64,000 nucleotides of DNA from an uncultured bacterium (GCA_903954065.1 CAJBME010000250.1:20270-84269), one strand, 5' to 3'. Shown: positions 48,099 through 58,351, counted from the stretch's first letter. The notes: a model not told the origin generated them from the letters alone. Made by a program: numbers and translations.

Positions 48099-48713
48099 TT
48101 AGAGTGGTGATGAGTGCGGCGGGGCTGCGACCAGGTTGTTTTGTACATGGCGCAGGCACATGGCCTCGTAATGATTCAAGTCAGGCCGCGGTTGGTCCAC
48201 GATTTTTGCCGCCTCGTCCCACAATCGCAGGTTCACCATGAGCCCGAACAACGGATGATTTTCAAAGGTTTCGGCTTCTTCCGCGGTCATGCGCCCGCCT
48301 TGCTGCCGCAGCGTCTGGCGGCTCGCCTCCGAGAGCTGTTCAAAATAATGACTGTCCTTGAAGGTCAGATATCGTTTCGCCTGCACGTGTCCCTCGACCA
48401 ATTGGCAGATTTTCTCGGAGAACCCGCAGTTTCGCAGGTAGATGGCTCCTGATTGTTCATGCCGCAGCGCTCCCAGTCCCGCCATCATTTCCTCGTCGGG
48501 AAAGGCGCACAGGTGGCCAATGTCATGCAGCAGCGCGGCGATGATTATTTCTTCATCGCAGCCGTTTTCTTCGGCGATCTGTGCGCACTGGCAGGCGTGT
48601 TCAAGCTGGCTGACGGGCTCTCCGAAGTAGTCCTCGTGTCCCCGGTCATGCAGCAGCGCGAACAGTTTGCCGATAGGGTGGTTTGGGTCTCCTCGGTGTG
48701 GCATGACATTCAT
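48099..48713 (-). CDS. phnZ: HD-domain phosphonate dioxygenase, PhnZ-like
   Basis: YFGEPVSQLEHACQCA, ALLHDIGH, HE, HVQAKRYL, SEAS..TL..QGG, LRLWDEAAK. Confidence 0.85.
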   Translation of the reverse strand: MNVMPHRGDPNHPIGKLFALLHDRGHEDYFGEPVSQLEHACQCAQIAEENGCDEEIIIAALLHDIGHLCAFPDEEMMAGLGALRHEQSGAIYLRNCGFSEKICQLVEGHVQAKRYLTFKDSHYFEQLSEASRQTLRQQGGRMTAEEAETFENHPLFGLMVNLRLWDEAAKIVDQPRPDLNHYEAMCLRHVQNNLVAAPPHSSPL

Positions 48714-49054
48714 GAGTGGGTCGGGAAAAGTGATTCGGACCCTCACGGCGGGATGTTTGCCGGACGAGAAGTAAAAACCAACAACATTGTCACCCGCGAA
48801 ACGGCGGTGCGGTGGCGGTTTTGGGGTTGGATGTTGCCGCCTGCCGCACTTTCGACCCACAGCCGGAGGCTCTCTCCGGGCACGTTATGAGTCGTCGTTC
48901 ACCGTAAAATTGTAAACAAGAGTAAACAATGGTTGTTTCGCGAGGTTGGTTCGGGTAGTATAAAACCAACTGAGATGTGGGGGCGGCTGCGGGGAGAAAA
49001 GTTCACTACGTGCAAACACTCATCGTCAATATCACAATCTTTTGAAAATCAATT

Positions 49055-49126
49055 GCCCCTGTAGTTCAATGGATAGAACGGAGGTTTCCTAAACCTTAAA
49101 TCTGGGTTCGATTCCCGGCGGGGGCA
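49055..49126 (+). tRNA. tRNA-Arg (anticodon CCT), CCA not encoded
   Basis: Cloverleaf: acceptor GCCCCTG/CGGGGGC, D-arm GTTC..GAAC, anticodon arm GAGGT-TTCCTAA-ACCTT, T-loop GGTTCGATTCC. Confidence 0.95.
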
Positions 49127-49309
49127 TCGATGCCACCGGACTATCCAATGATGAAAATTTATAGGTGGGTTTGAGGTTAGCGACTTAAATTATTCAAAAT
49201 CGTTCTAATGAACACTCTTCTTAGCTCTGTTTATCCCCTCCTGGGTACATTCACGATGCCAAAAGCGGCTCGTGATAAGGCCTCCGGTGGAGATGGGGCC
49301 GGGGGAATA

Positions 49310-49492
49310 ATGGATAATGACTTGTTTTCGTGGATGATCATCGGGCTGGCCATCGTGGTGCTGGGGATAGTTTTGGCCGCGTTTTATCAAAACTGGTCGG
49401 CCGGACGCGAGCTCCGGAAGCAGCGGGAAATGGTCAACCAGATTGGCGGTCGCCGGTTGCGTAATCTTTCGGCGGGTCCCCGCCGTCGATAA
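49310..49492 (+). CDS. Small single-TM membrane protein (60 aa)
   Basis: MDNDLFSWMIIGLAIVVLGIVLAAFYQNW followed by a basic tail; purine-rich GGGGGA upstream. Confidence 0.55.
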   Translation: MDNDLFSWMIIGLAIVVLGIVLAAFYQNWSAGRELRKQREMVNQIGGRRLRNLSAGPRRR

Positions 49493-49682
49493 GGCTGTGG
49501 GCTGTGGAGTGTCTGAAGGAAGGTGAGGGTGAGGGTCGTGATTTTGCGGATGGATTTTGATTTGGTGGCGGGCGAGCGAGCGGTTGGGAACGGGAGGTGA
49601 TGTTCGGGTGAGTGTCGTGGTGTTTGGATGGGGCGAGCCAGAAGTGGTGACAGGTCTGACATTTTTGTGGTAGGATCACGCC

Positions 49683-52600
49683 ATGTTGAGTCCCCTGAAT
49701 TTGTTGACGAGGCCCTTGATTTCGCTGGTTTCGCTGGTTTCTCTCGTCATGGCCGTGGCCGTCTGGACGGGGGCTGGGGTGGTGCGGGCTGAGCAGGTTG
49801 TGATCAGCGAGGTGATGTATCGTCCGGTCGATGCGCGGCCGGAATTTATTGAGTTGTGGAACATCAGTGAGACGCCGCTGGATGTGGCGCAGTGGCGACT
49901 GACGAGCGGGGTGAATTATCTTTTTCCCGATTTTGAGGCGAGCCGGCCACAGGCGCACATTTTGCAGGCTCGGGAGCGGGTGGTGGTCAGTGCGATGGAC
50001 GAGGCGGCCACGCGGGCGGCGTATCCGGCGCTGCCGGCGGCGGTGCGAGTTTTTGGGCCGTGGACGGGGGTGTTGGCCAATGGGGGAGAAGAGATCACCT
50101 TAACCGACAAGAATGGAGTGATGGTGTGCACGCTGGACTACCGGAATGGTGGGAACTGGCCGAAGGCGGCGGACGGGACGGGGCATTCGCTGGTCTTGCG
50201 CAACGAGAACAACGCGGTGGATTCATTTCGCAATTGGCGGGCGAGCCGAACGGCGGGCGGCACACCCGGGTTTTCGGAATTTGGGGCGGTGACGCCTTGG
50301 TCGGGGGGTACTCCGGAAGTAGGGGTGGGGGCGGCGGCTATGATGTTCGACTACGGGACAGTGTGGAAGTGGAGCATTCCGGCGGCTGATCCTGGAGTAG
50401 GGTGGCGCGGGCTTGGTTTTAATGATGCGGACTGGGCGAGTGGTCCGGGGTTGCTTGGGTATGAATCGGCGCCGGTTCCGGCGCCGGGGATGCAGACGGC
50501 GGTTGGGCAGCAGGGGCAGAATATGGTTCATCATTTCCGCAAATCGTTTCAATTTGCGGGGGATCCGGCCGGGGCGACGTTGGCGTTAGATCAGGTGATT
50601 GACGACGGGGTCGTTTATTATTTAAACGGCCAGTTATTAGGAGCGGTGGGGCATACTCCCGGGGCGTGGGATGCGGGTGCCAGCCGGACGGTGTCGGATG
50701 CGACGGAGGAATTGAATGCGATTACGGGTCCGGCGGTCGGCTTGGTGAATGGCGTGAATGTCTTGGCGGCCGAGGTGCATCAGACCAATCTGAGCAGTAG
50801 CGACATGGTTTTTGGGGTGCGGTTGAAAATTGGCACGCGGCCTGGGTTGGTGATCAACGAAGTGCGTCCGGGTGCAGCAGGTCAGGGGTTTGTCGAATTT
50901 TTCAATACGACGGATACGGCGGTCAATTTGCGCGGGCATTATCTCAGTGATGAGGCCGCCAATTTGCGGAAGCAGGTGGTTGATTCTGACGTGTTGGTTC
51001 CGGCGGGCGGGCTGGCGGTGATTGGATTTGCGGAAGCGGGGCTGGCGGTGAGGGCGACCACGGTGGTGTATTTGACGGCTCCGGATGGAGTGACGGCCCT
51101 CAATGCTATCAGTGCGGCTATTCCGGCAGACGGTCGTTCGCTTGGGCGGCAGCCGGCTGGCGGGACCTCGTGGTTTCTTTTTGCGCAACCGACGCCGGGG
51201 GTGGCCAATGGGGCGGGTGGGGATGGCGGTTTCTCACTTCGTCTGAGCGAGGCGCATTTTAATGAGGCGGGGCAGGTTGACTGGGTGGAGCTGGAAAATA
51301 CTGGGGGTACGGCGGCGGCGGCTGACGGGTTGTTTTTGGCTTCGCGCGAGGACTTTTCGGACAAAGTGGCCTTGCGCGGGGTGGTGGCCGGTCGTGGGCT
51401 GGCCAGCTGGGAGTGCCAATTCCCGACGGATGGGGACGGCCGGGTGACGCTGTGGCTGGTGGATGCTGGGGGTACTGTGCTCGGGGTGGCGGAGCTGCAG
51501 CGGGTGGCGGGGCATGCCTCGTTGCAGGCCGTCTGGCCCCCGGACGTCGCCGTTAAGCCGGGGTGGGAAAATGTTCCAGAACGCCCGTGGTGGAATGCCG
51601 CGGTGGAGGCGACGCGCGATGCGGTCAATGCCCCGCGGTTGCGGACGGAGATTGTCATCAACGAGATCATGGCGGACCCTCCTTCGGACCATCATCATGG
51701 CGAGTTTATCGAGTTGTATAACCAAGGGGCGGCGGCGGTTGATCTGACGCGGTGGAAACTACGCGGCGGGGTGGAATTTGATTTTCCTGCTGGGACGAAT
51801 ATTCCGGCGGGAGGGTATTTGCTGGTGGGCAGTGATCCGGCGGTTTTGCGCTCCTTGCATGAAGGAGTGGCGGTGGCGGGGCCGTGGAGTGGGACGCTGG
51901 GCAACCGCGGGGATTTGCTGCGGTTGTTGGACGAGGTGGGTAACTTGGCGGATGAAGTGGATTATGCGGTGGGTGGTGACTGGCCGGCGCTGGCGGCGGG
52001 GCAGGGGAGTTCGCTGGAGTTGCTTCATCCGGCGATGGACAACAGCCGGGCCTCGGCGTGGCGCTCGAGCGATGAATCGTCCCGGGCCGGATGGCAAACG
52101 TACACTCTGACCGGCACCTGGGCCCAGCTCAATTCGATCGGGTCCGCGAGTGATTTCAAAGAATTGCATTTATTCTTGGTGGGAGACAGCCATGTGGCGT
52201 TGCGCAACCTCAGCCTGCGGGCGGCGACCGGCGGCGCCAACTTGTTGCCGGGTGACGGGGTCCGGTTGTCCACCAATGGGACGGGCGTCAGTGGCTGGCT
52301 TTGCCAAGGGACGCATGCGGCCAGCCGGGTGGAGAATGGAGAATTTCATCTGATTGCGGACGGCCATGGGGATAACCGTCCGAACCGGGCGGAAATTGAT
52401 GTGACCGGGCTGGCCCAGGGGCGTTCGTACACGCTGACTTTTGAGGCGCGGTGGGTCTCGGGCAAAAACCGGCTCGTGGTGCAAACGTGGGACCACAGTT
52501 TCGGGGCGCCCTTGTTGCTGCCGATGCCATCGACGCTGGGCACCGGCGGCGCGGTCAATTCTCGGCGGGTGGTAGTTCCGCTGCCGCAGGTTGATTCATT

Positions 52601-55600
52601 GCTGCACAGTCCGGCCGTGCCTAAGCCGACGGATGCCGTCAGGGTGACGGCCCGGGTGGCGAGCGTCGAGCCGCTGGCCGCCGTGGAGGTGGTGCACCGG
52701 GCCGACAGTCAGAATAATTCAGGTGTCTGGGAAGTGACCCCGATGGTTGATGACGGCACCGGCGGCGATGCCGTGGCCCGTGACGGCTTGTTTTCTGCAC
52801 AGATCACCAGCTATCAAGTCAACGGCCGGGTCGTGCAGTTTTATGTTCGAGCGAGAACGACCGGGGGTGCCTCCGGGGTGGTGCCACGCGGTGGGGAATC
52901 TCTGCCCGCGATGTGGATGTCCGACAGCCGGACGCTGGACGATCGGTTGCGTCGTCAGCGCTTCGTGGTCTCCGCTTTTGACCGGGGAATTTTTAATACC
53001 GGAGGGGACGCGCCGTCGGCGGCCTTTGATTACAAGTACCCGCGGCTCTCGAACCATTACATCAACGCCACCTTTGTGCACAACGAGACCGAGGTCTATT
53101 ACAACGCGGAAATCCGCAAAAGCGGCAGTCCCTGGACTCGCAGTGGCGGGGCCGAGTTGAGCCGAGGGAAGTGGAAGCTGCCGCGCGATCGGTTTTTCCG
53201 CGGGCGTGAGAAAAGCACATTTGACAATGATGCGGAGGGTGGAAGCCGTCACCACAACCGGATCACGCGCTACTGGCTTTATGTGCTGGGTCATCCGGTC
53301 AACGAGAACGAATACATCTATCATGTGGTCAATGATGATGGGTTGACCATACGGGAAGACACTGAGCCAGTGGATGGCGAGATGGTGGCGCGGGTGTACC
53401 CGGACGGCGGTAATGGCCAGCTTTTTCGCAGTGATGACGAATGGTGGTTTGCGGACGACTGGAACCGCTCCCAGCGCAATGCAGACTGGAGCTACAAAGG
53501 TACGGCCAATCCACTGCGCTACCATACCGAATGGATGGCCCGCTCGCGCGAAGCCGAATACGATTACGGCCCGTTAATGGATTTTTTCCGGACCGTCACC
53601 AATACTCCCAACTACCCCGCGGCCACCTATCGCGAAGTCATCAACCGCATGCTGGAACCAGACCTAGTGCCGATGATGGCCGCCGTTCGCGGGTATATTC
53701 AGGATTGGGATTCGCTCACGCTCGACCGAGGAAAAAACGGGTTTTTCTATCGTCGTCCGACGGACGGAAAATTCATGTTTTTGCATTGGGACAGCGACCT
53801 AGCGTTTGGTGATCCGAACGGTTCGGTGGTCGGCGGGCTGGCGGGATGGGGGAACTATGTCAATCAACCATGGGTCCGGCGGAATCTGAATTATTATCTC
53901 AGCGAGATGTTGCGGCTGACGACGGGCGATCGTGCCGCTCGCACGGAAGCGTGGTTAAAGGCTGAGGAGGACGCCTCGGAGGCGTGGTCTGTGAATACAG
54001 GGTTTTATCAGGGATGGTTTACGGCTCGTGCGGCGCGGATTCGGCAGGAAATGAATGCCACGGTTGGGACCGGAGGGGCCGGCAATGCCGCCACCGCGCC
54101 GTTTGCCGTCACGACGCCGGTCGGCACGACCCCGGCCGCCACGCTGGCCCTAGCCGGAACTGCTCCCTCCTCGGCCTATACCGTGGTGGTCGACGGACAG
54201 CCGACGGCCGCGCTGGCATGGAGCAACCAGCGGACATGGTCGCTGTCGGGACTGATCTTGCAGGAGGGATTAAATACCTTCACTCTGCGCATGCTTGATG
54301 CCGCGGGGCGGACGATGGGGGCTCCACTGGTGCACACACACACCAAGACGGGGAATGCCGCGCCGGTGATGCGGTTGGGCGCGGATCCCGCTTCTTGGCA
54401 GGTCGGACTGGGCGAGACGCTGACGCTGGAGGCGGGGGCGAGTTTTGATCCTGAGGGGACGGCACTGGAGTTTGGTTGGTCTCTTCTGCCGGCGGAGGGA
54501 GTGAACGTGGCGGAGCCGTTGGTTTCCCGGCGCACGGCCGTTTTTTCCAAGCCTGGATTGTACACGTTCGGTGTGACCGGGACGGATACAGCCGCCCGGA
54601 CGGCCACGCTGGCCCGCGAGGTCACCGTTTTTAATGCCGCGGACTTTGATCCCTTTGCCGGTGGCATTCTGGAGCCGGTCTGGTCGCTGCAAGCCCTCGA
54701 ACTCCGAGACAATTATTCTCCGCAGGCTTGGTATTCGCTCGCTGACCGCCCCGGTCAGTTGATGCTGCAGCTTCTCGATGCGGCGGCCCAACCGCTCTCG
54801 CATGGGGCTCCAACATTTCCGGCGGTGTGGCGCCCACTGCCCGCGTCCGTCAATACCGTGCTGGGAACCCGGTTTGCCTACGAAAGCAAGCGCACCGGCG
54901 CTTCCTTTGCCGGGTTGGTTTTGGAAACGCTCGAGGCGGGCGTGACGGTGAAAACGGCCTTTGGCGTGGAAGGCGGAACATCTTGGCGCATCAAACGCTC
55001 AGCAGGCGGGGCGTTTGCCAATTCGGGTGCGGCGGTTCCCTTTACTGGGCTCGACGCCACCTTGCGGATCCGGCGTGAAGCGGACACACTCATCTTTGAA
55101 CGCCGCGACGAAGAAGCGTGGGTCCTGGTCGGCACTCAGGTCATGCCGGCCGGGAGTACGCTGGTCCGGGGCGGGTTGTTCGCGTCGACAAGCACTCCGG
55201 AGAACGTGCGGTTTGCTTTTGATTACGGACTGGTGGTCAATCCGGAAAATCGCAATGACCAGCTCGGTCAGCTGCGGATCACAGAGGTCATGTACGCGCC
55301 CAAGGCGCCGGATACCGCGGAATGGCTGGAGCTGCAGAATACGGGAGATCGTCCGGTTTCGTTGCAAGGAGTGCGGTTTCCCGAGGGGGCGCCATTTAGC
55401 GAACTCGTGTTGCCCGAAGGCACGCTCGAGGGCGGTCAACGGGTCGTGGTGACCAGTAATCTCGCTGCTTTCCGGGCGCGCTACGGGGCGGCGCCGCAGG
55501 TGGTGGCCGAGTGGTCTGGCGGGGCGTTGAACAATGCGGGTGAAGCCGTGATGATGCTCGATGCCGGAGGCAATCCGATTCACGATTTTGTGTATGGAGT

Positions 55601-56039
55601 GGCTGAGCCGTGGCCGGTGGCGCCGCGGGGCGGTGGCCCCAGTCTAGAAGTCATCAGTACGGACGGTGATTATTCCAGTCCTCTCAACTGGCGGGCCAGC
55701 GCCGTCTCAGGCGGAACTCCCGGGTTTGCTGCACGCGAGCCCGATCCTACGGTTGATACTGATGGTGACGGCCAGACGGACGCCGCAGAGGCGCTGTTCG
55801 GCACCAATCCGGATGATCAAACCTCGCTGGCCACCGTGACCGTGCTCGGCCCCGGCCAGTTTTCCTTCCCCTCTGTGGTCGGTCATCAATACGCCCTGCA
55901 AACAAGTGTGGACCTGACTTCCGGTACATGGACCACACTGCTGACAACCACCGCCGAGAGTTCAGTTACCACTGTGGCCGATCCCAGCGATGGCGTGTTC
56001 CCCGTCCGCTTCTACCGCATCCAGGCCCTGCGGCCGTAA
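49683..56039 (+). CDS. Giant secreted multi-LTD / CotH kinase / PKD-like protein (2118 aa)
   Basis: Signal peptide. Five LTD-like starts (VISEVMY, VINEV, LRLSEA, VINEIMA, ITEVMY). CotH-like RKSGSPW..KWK and DWD..N..WDSDL. DTDGDG..GTNP. Ends RFYRIQALRP. Confidence 0.85.
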   Translation: MLSPLNLLTRPLISLVSLVSLVMAVAVWTGAGVVRAEQVVISEVMYRPVDARPEFIELWNISETPLDVAQWRLTSGVNYLFPDFEASRPQAHILQARERVVVSAMDEAATRAAYPALPAAVRVFGPWTGVLANGGEEITLTDKNGVMVCTLDYRNGGNWPKAADGTGHSLVLRNENNAVDSFRNWRASRTAGGTPGFSEFGAVTPWSGGTPEVGVGAAAMMFDYGTVWKWSIPAADPGVGWRGLGFNDADWASGPGLLGYESAPVPAPGMQTAVGQQGQNMVHHFRKSFQFAGDPAGATLALDQVIDDGVVYYLNGQLLGAVGHTPGAWDAGASRTVSDATEELNAITGPAVGLVNGVNVLAAEVHQTNLSSSDMVFGVRLKIGTRPGLVINEVRPGAAGQGFVEFFNTTDTAVNLRGHYLSDEAANLRKQVVDSDVLVPAGGLAVIGFAEAGLAVRATTVVYLTAPDGVTALNAISAAIPADGRSLGRQPAGGTSWFLFAQPTPGVANGAGGDGGFSLRLSEAHFNEAGQVDWVELENTGGTAAAADGLFLASREDFSDKVALRGVVAGRGLASWECQFPTDGDGRVTLWLVDAGGTVLGVAELQRVAGHASLQAVWPPDVAVKPGWENVPERPWWNAAVEATRDAVNAPRLRTEIVINEIMADPPSDHHHGEFIELYNQGAAAVDLTRWKLRGGVEFDFPAGTNIPAGGYLLVGSDPAVLRSLHEGVAVAGPWSGTLGNRGDLLRLLDEVGNLADEVDYAVGGDWPALAAGQGSSLELLHPAMDNSRASAWRSSDESSRAGWQTYTLTGTWAQLNSIGSASDFKELHLFLVGDSHVALRNLSLRAATGGANLLPGDGVRLSTNGTGVSGWLCQGTHAASRVENGEFHLIADGHGDNRPNRAEIDVTGLAQGRSYTLTFEARWVSGKNRLVVQTWDHSFGAPLLLPMPSTLGTGGAVNSRRVVVPLPQVDSLLHSPAVPKPTDAVRVTARVASVEPLAAVEVVHRADSQNNSGVWEVTPMVDDGTGGDAVARDGLFSAQITSYQVNGRVVQFYVRARTTGGASGVVPRGGESLPAMWMSDSRTLDDRLRRQRFVVSAFDRGIFNTGGDAPSAAFDYKYPRLSNHYINATFVHNETEVYYNAEIRKSGSPWTRSGGAELSRGKWKLPRDRFFRGREKSTFDNDAEGGSRHHNRITRYWLYVLGHPVNENEYIYHVVNDDGLTIREDTEPVDGEMVARVYPDGGNGQLFRSDDEWWFADDWNRSQRNADWSYKGTANPLRYHTEWMARSREAEYDYGPLMDFFRTVTNTPNYPAATYREVINRMLEPDLVPMMAAVRGYIQDWDSLTLDRGKNGFFYRRPTDGKFMFLHWDSDLAFGDPNGSVVGGLAGWGNYVNQPWVRRNLNYYLSEMLRLTTGDRAARTEAWLKAEEDASEAWSVNTGFYQGWFTARAARIRQEMNATVGTGGAGNAATAPFAVTTPVGTTPAATLALAGTAPSSAYTVVVDGQPTAALAWSNQRTWSLSGLILQEGLNTFTLRMLDAAGRTMGAPLVHTHTKTGNAAPVMRLGADPASWQVGLGETLTLEAGASFDPEGTALEFGWSLLPAEGVNVAEPLVSRRTAVFSKPGLYTFGVTGTDTAARTATLAREVTVFNAADFDPFAGGILEPVWSLQALELRDNYSPQAWYSLADRPGQLMLQLLDAAAQPLSHGAPTFPAVWRPLPASVNTVLGTRFAYESKRTGASFAGLVLETLEAGVTVKTAFGVEGGTSWRIKRSAGGAFANSGAAVPFTGLDATLRIRREADTLIFERRDEEAWVLVGTQVMPAGSTLVRGGLFASTSTPENVRFAFDYGLVVNPENRNDQLGQLRITEVMYAPKAPDTAEWLELQNTGDRPVSLQGVRFPEGAPFSELVLPEGTLEGGQRVVVTSNLAAFRARYGAAPQVVAEWSGGALNNAGEAVMMLDAGGNPIHDFVYGVAEPWPVAPRGGGPSLEVISTDGDYSSPLNWRASAVSGGTPGFAAREPDPTVDTDGDGQTDAAEALFGTNPDDQTSLATVTVLGPGQFSFPSVVGHQYALQTSVDLTSGTWTTLLTTTAESSVTTVADPSDGVFPVRFYRIQALRP

Positions 56040-56113
56040 GTGCGTCGGGCCCGCCGCCGCGGGATGAGTCACGCTTTCTCAGCGCTTCTTGTGACGCATT
56101 CCACACGCCTTTG

Positions 56114-56230
56114 CGAGCCGGAGGCTCGAAAGAGATTAGCCGGTGGTGAAGGTCGCGGAGCGACCGAGAACCACCGGAACCGGGCCGCCCAACCACCCCC
56201 GATACGGGATGCGCCCCGGCAGGGGCGCGA
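56114..56230. repeat. REP-like multi-hairpin element between convergent genes
   Basis: CGAGCC-gga-GGCTCG, CCGGTGGT..ACCACCGG with an internal GGTCGC/GCGACC stem, and GCGCCCC-ggca-GGGGCGC. Confidence 0.6.
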
Positions 56231-56274
56231 GAAGCATTCGTATGTCCCTGAGCGATTTGTGGTAGCGAAGGATT

Positions 56275-57156
56275 CTAGCGTCCTGATTCCGCGAGCACCA
56301 TCTCCAGATAGCTCCGGTAGTCGGGATTGCGGGTCGCTCCGATGAGGTTTTGAAACTGCGATGAATCGATGAAGCCGCGGTTGAAGGCGATTTCTTCGAG
56401 GCAGGCGATCTTGTAATTTTGCTGGCGTTCGACGGTGGCGATGTAGTTACCGGCTTCGAGCAGGCTGCTGGGGGTGCCGGTATCGAGCCAGGCGATGCCG
56501 CGTCCGAGAAGTTTGACCTGCAGGGCCCCTTCTTTGAGGTAACTATTATTGAGGTCGGTGATCTCGAGCTCGCCCCGGGCACTCGGTTGCTGGGCCTTGG
56601 TGCGCTCGACGACTGTGTGGTCGTAACAATAGAGTCCTGGTACGGCGTAGCTGCTTTTCGGCTTCTTTGGTTTTTCTTCCAAGCTCAAGACCCGGCCGGT
56701 GGCGTCGAATTCAACCACCCCAAATCGCTCCGGATCGCGCACATGGTAGCCGAACACATACGCCCCATCTCCATGCGCCAGCGCGTCACGAAAGAAGTCG
56801 AGTTTGCCATAAAAAATGTTGTCGCCCAAAATCAAACTGGCCCCAGCCCCGGCCAAAAACGACTCGCCCACCAGAAACGCCTGAGCAATCCCTTTCGGTT
56901 CGGGCTGCACCGCATACGAAATCGACAATCCCAGACTCGCCCCGTCACCAAGCAGGTTCTCAATGGCGGGCGTATCCTTGGGCGTGGAAATAATGAGGAT
57001 CTCCCTGATCCCTCCGAGCATGAGCGTGGCCAATGGATAGTAGATCATCGGCTTGTCGTAGATCGGGAGCAGCTGCTTGCAGGCGATGCGCGTCAGCGGA
57101 TCAAGGCGCGTGCCCGCGCCTCCCGCGAGGATGATGCCTTTTTTGGACGAGGTCAT
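56275..57156 (-). CDS. rfbA: Glucose-1-phosphate thymidylyltransferase
   Basis: GIILAGGAGTRL, KQLLPIYDKPMIYYPL, LGDNIFYG, EEKP, SARGELEITD, WLDTGT. Confidence 0.96.
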   Translation of the reverse strand: MTSSKKGIILAGGAGTRLDPLTRIACKQLLPIYDKPMIYYPLATLMLGGIREILIISTPKDTPAIENLLGDGASLGLSISYAVQPEPKGIAQAFLVGESFLAGAGASLILGDNIFYGKLDFFRDALAHGDGAYVFGYHVRDPERFGVVEFDATGRVLSLEEKPKKPKSSYAVPGLYCYDHTVVERTKAQQPSARGELEITDLNNSYLKEGALQVKLLGRGIAWLDTGTPSSLLEAGNYIATVERQQNYKIACLEEIAFNRGFIDSSQFQNLIGATRNPDYRSYLEMVLAESGR

Positions 57157-57277
57157 GGGTGGTGTGGTGAGGGGTGACAGGGCTAAGAAATTCTGAGAGA
57201 CAAACTAGTGTGATAATATATCCAAAATATTTGCATTTTCCATATTTTTATCCCCTTTCAAATGAGGTGCTGAGATC

Positions 57278-58306
57278 TCATGTTGAGGTGGTTGTCGGGG
57301 GTATTTTGTGGGCGGGAGGTGAGACGATGGCGAGCCATGTTTCGAGGGCTTGGCCTTCGAGGCGATTATTGACGAAGAGGTGGGACGGGGGTGGGGAGGG
57401 AGTGGTGGCGGGGCGTGCGGTGAGGGTGGCCAGCAGTTGGCGGGCGGCGGCGCGAGCTTGGGGCAGTGGTTCGCGGAGGTGTTGGTACGGTGAGAACAGG
57501 CTGACGGCTTGGGCGTAGGGGCGGCCTGGTTTGAGCAGGAAGCGGGCGGTGGTGAAGTGGGTGGTCAGGATACCGGGTACGGCGAGTTGTTCCCCGACGT
57601 CCGGCATGGCTTGCCAGTTGTTGAGGATGTGGGACACGCGGTGACGGGTGAGCACGGCGAGGTAGTCGGGGTGCAGCAATTCAGGATTGCGCAGTTCCAC
57701 CCCGTATTGCCAACCGGTCGGTAGCTGATGGAAGAAAGCGTCGAGGGCTTCGGCGAAGGCCGAGGGGGTGGCCCATGTGCCCGGGGCGAAGCGTGTGAAT
57801 TCGAACATGAGCACCCCGATGTGCTTGCGGTGCGGCTCGAGGGGAGCCAGAAACGAGCGGCAGAAAAGATCTGCATCAAGAAACCGCGGATTAGGGTGGC
57901 CGGCGCGGGGGCCGAAGCGATCGAGCCGTGGAAACTGTCGGAGAGTGAGATCAGCGGTGACTTTAAACGAGAAGCGAAATCCGTCCGGGACTTGGGCGCA
58001 GAGGGAAGCGACGCCGGCGGTCGTGGGGAACGCGTAATATCCGGCATCTACGGAAACCGCGGAGAAAACCTCGGCGTATTCGCGCAGGCAATCGCGGGCG
58101 AACCGAGCCTCGGAGAATTTCCCGCGGGTGTGATAGCGTTCAGGAGTGTAGAGCCATCCCAGCCAGCCTGGATATTTCCAGGAGGAGGTGCCGATCAGGA
58201 TGTTTTGGGCGGCCAGTTCACGGACGGCATGCCGCAGGCGATGCCACCGCTCCGCCCAGACCGGTGCGGTCTCGGGGAAGAGCGGCAGTTCATCCATGGG
58301 GCCCAT
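57278..58306 (-). CDS. DUF72 (YecE-like) protein
   Basis: IGTSSWKYPGW, YAEVFSAVSVDAGYY, VPDGFRFSFK, VELRN, FVNN. Confidence 0.88.
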   Translation of the reverse strand: MGPMDELPLFPETAPVWAERWHRLRHAVRELAAQNILIGTSSWKYPGWLGWLYTPERYHTRGKFSEARFARDCLREYAEVFSAVSVDAGYYAFPTTAGVASLCAQVPDGFRFSFKVTADLTLRQFPRLDRFGPRAGHPNPRFLDADLFCRSFLAPLEPHRKHIGVLMFEFTRFAPGTWATPSAFAEALDAFFHQLPTGWQYGVELRNPELLHPDYLAVLTRHRVSHILNNWQAMPDVGEQLAVPGILTTHFTTARFLLKPGRPYAQAVSLFSPYQHLREPLPQARAAARQLLATLTARPATTPSPPPSHLFVNNRLEGQALETWLAIVSPPAHKIPPTTTST

Positions 58307-58351
58307 GAGGCGGAGGGATGAGGGATGGGGGAGGGCGTTGGCGCCCTCCGG

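Noticed and set aside
44941-49126. Phosphonate cluster as a tRNA-integrated genomic island
   Set aside because: The cluster lies on the 5' side of the tRNA, and no integrase or att duplication was seen.
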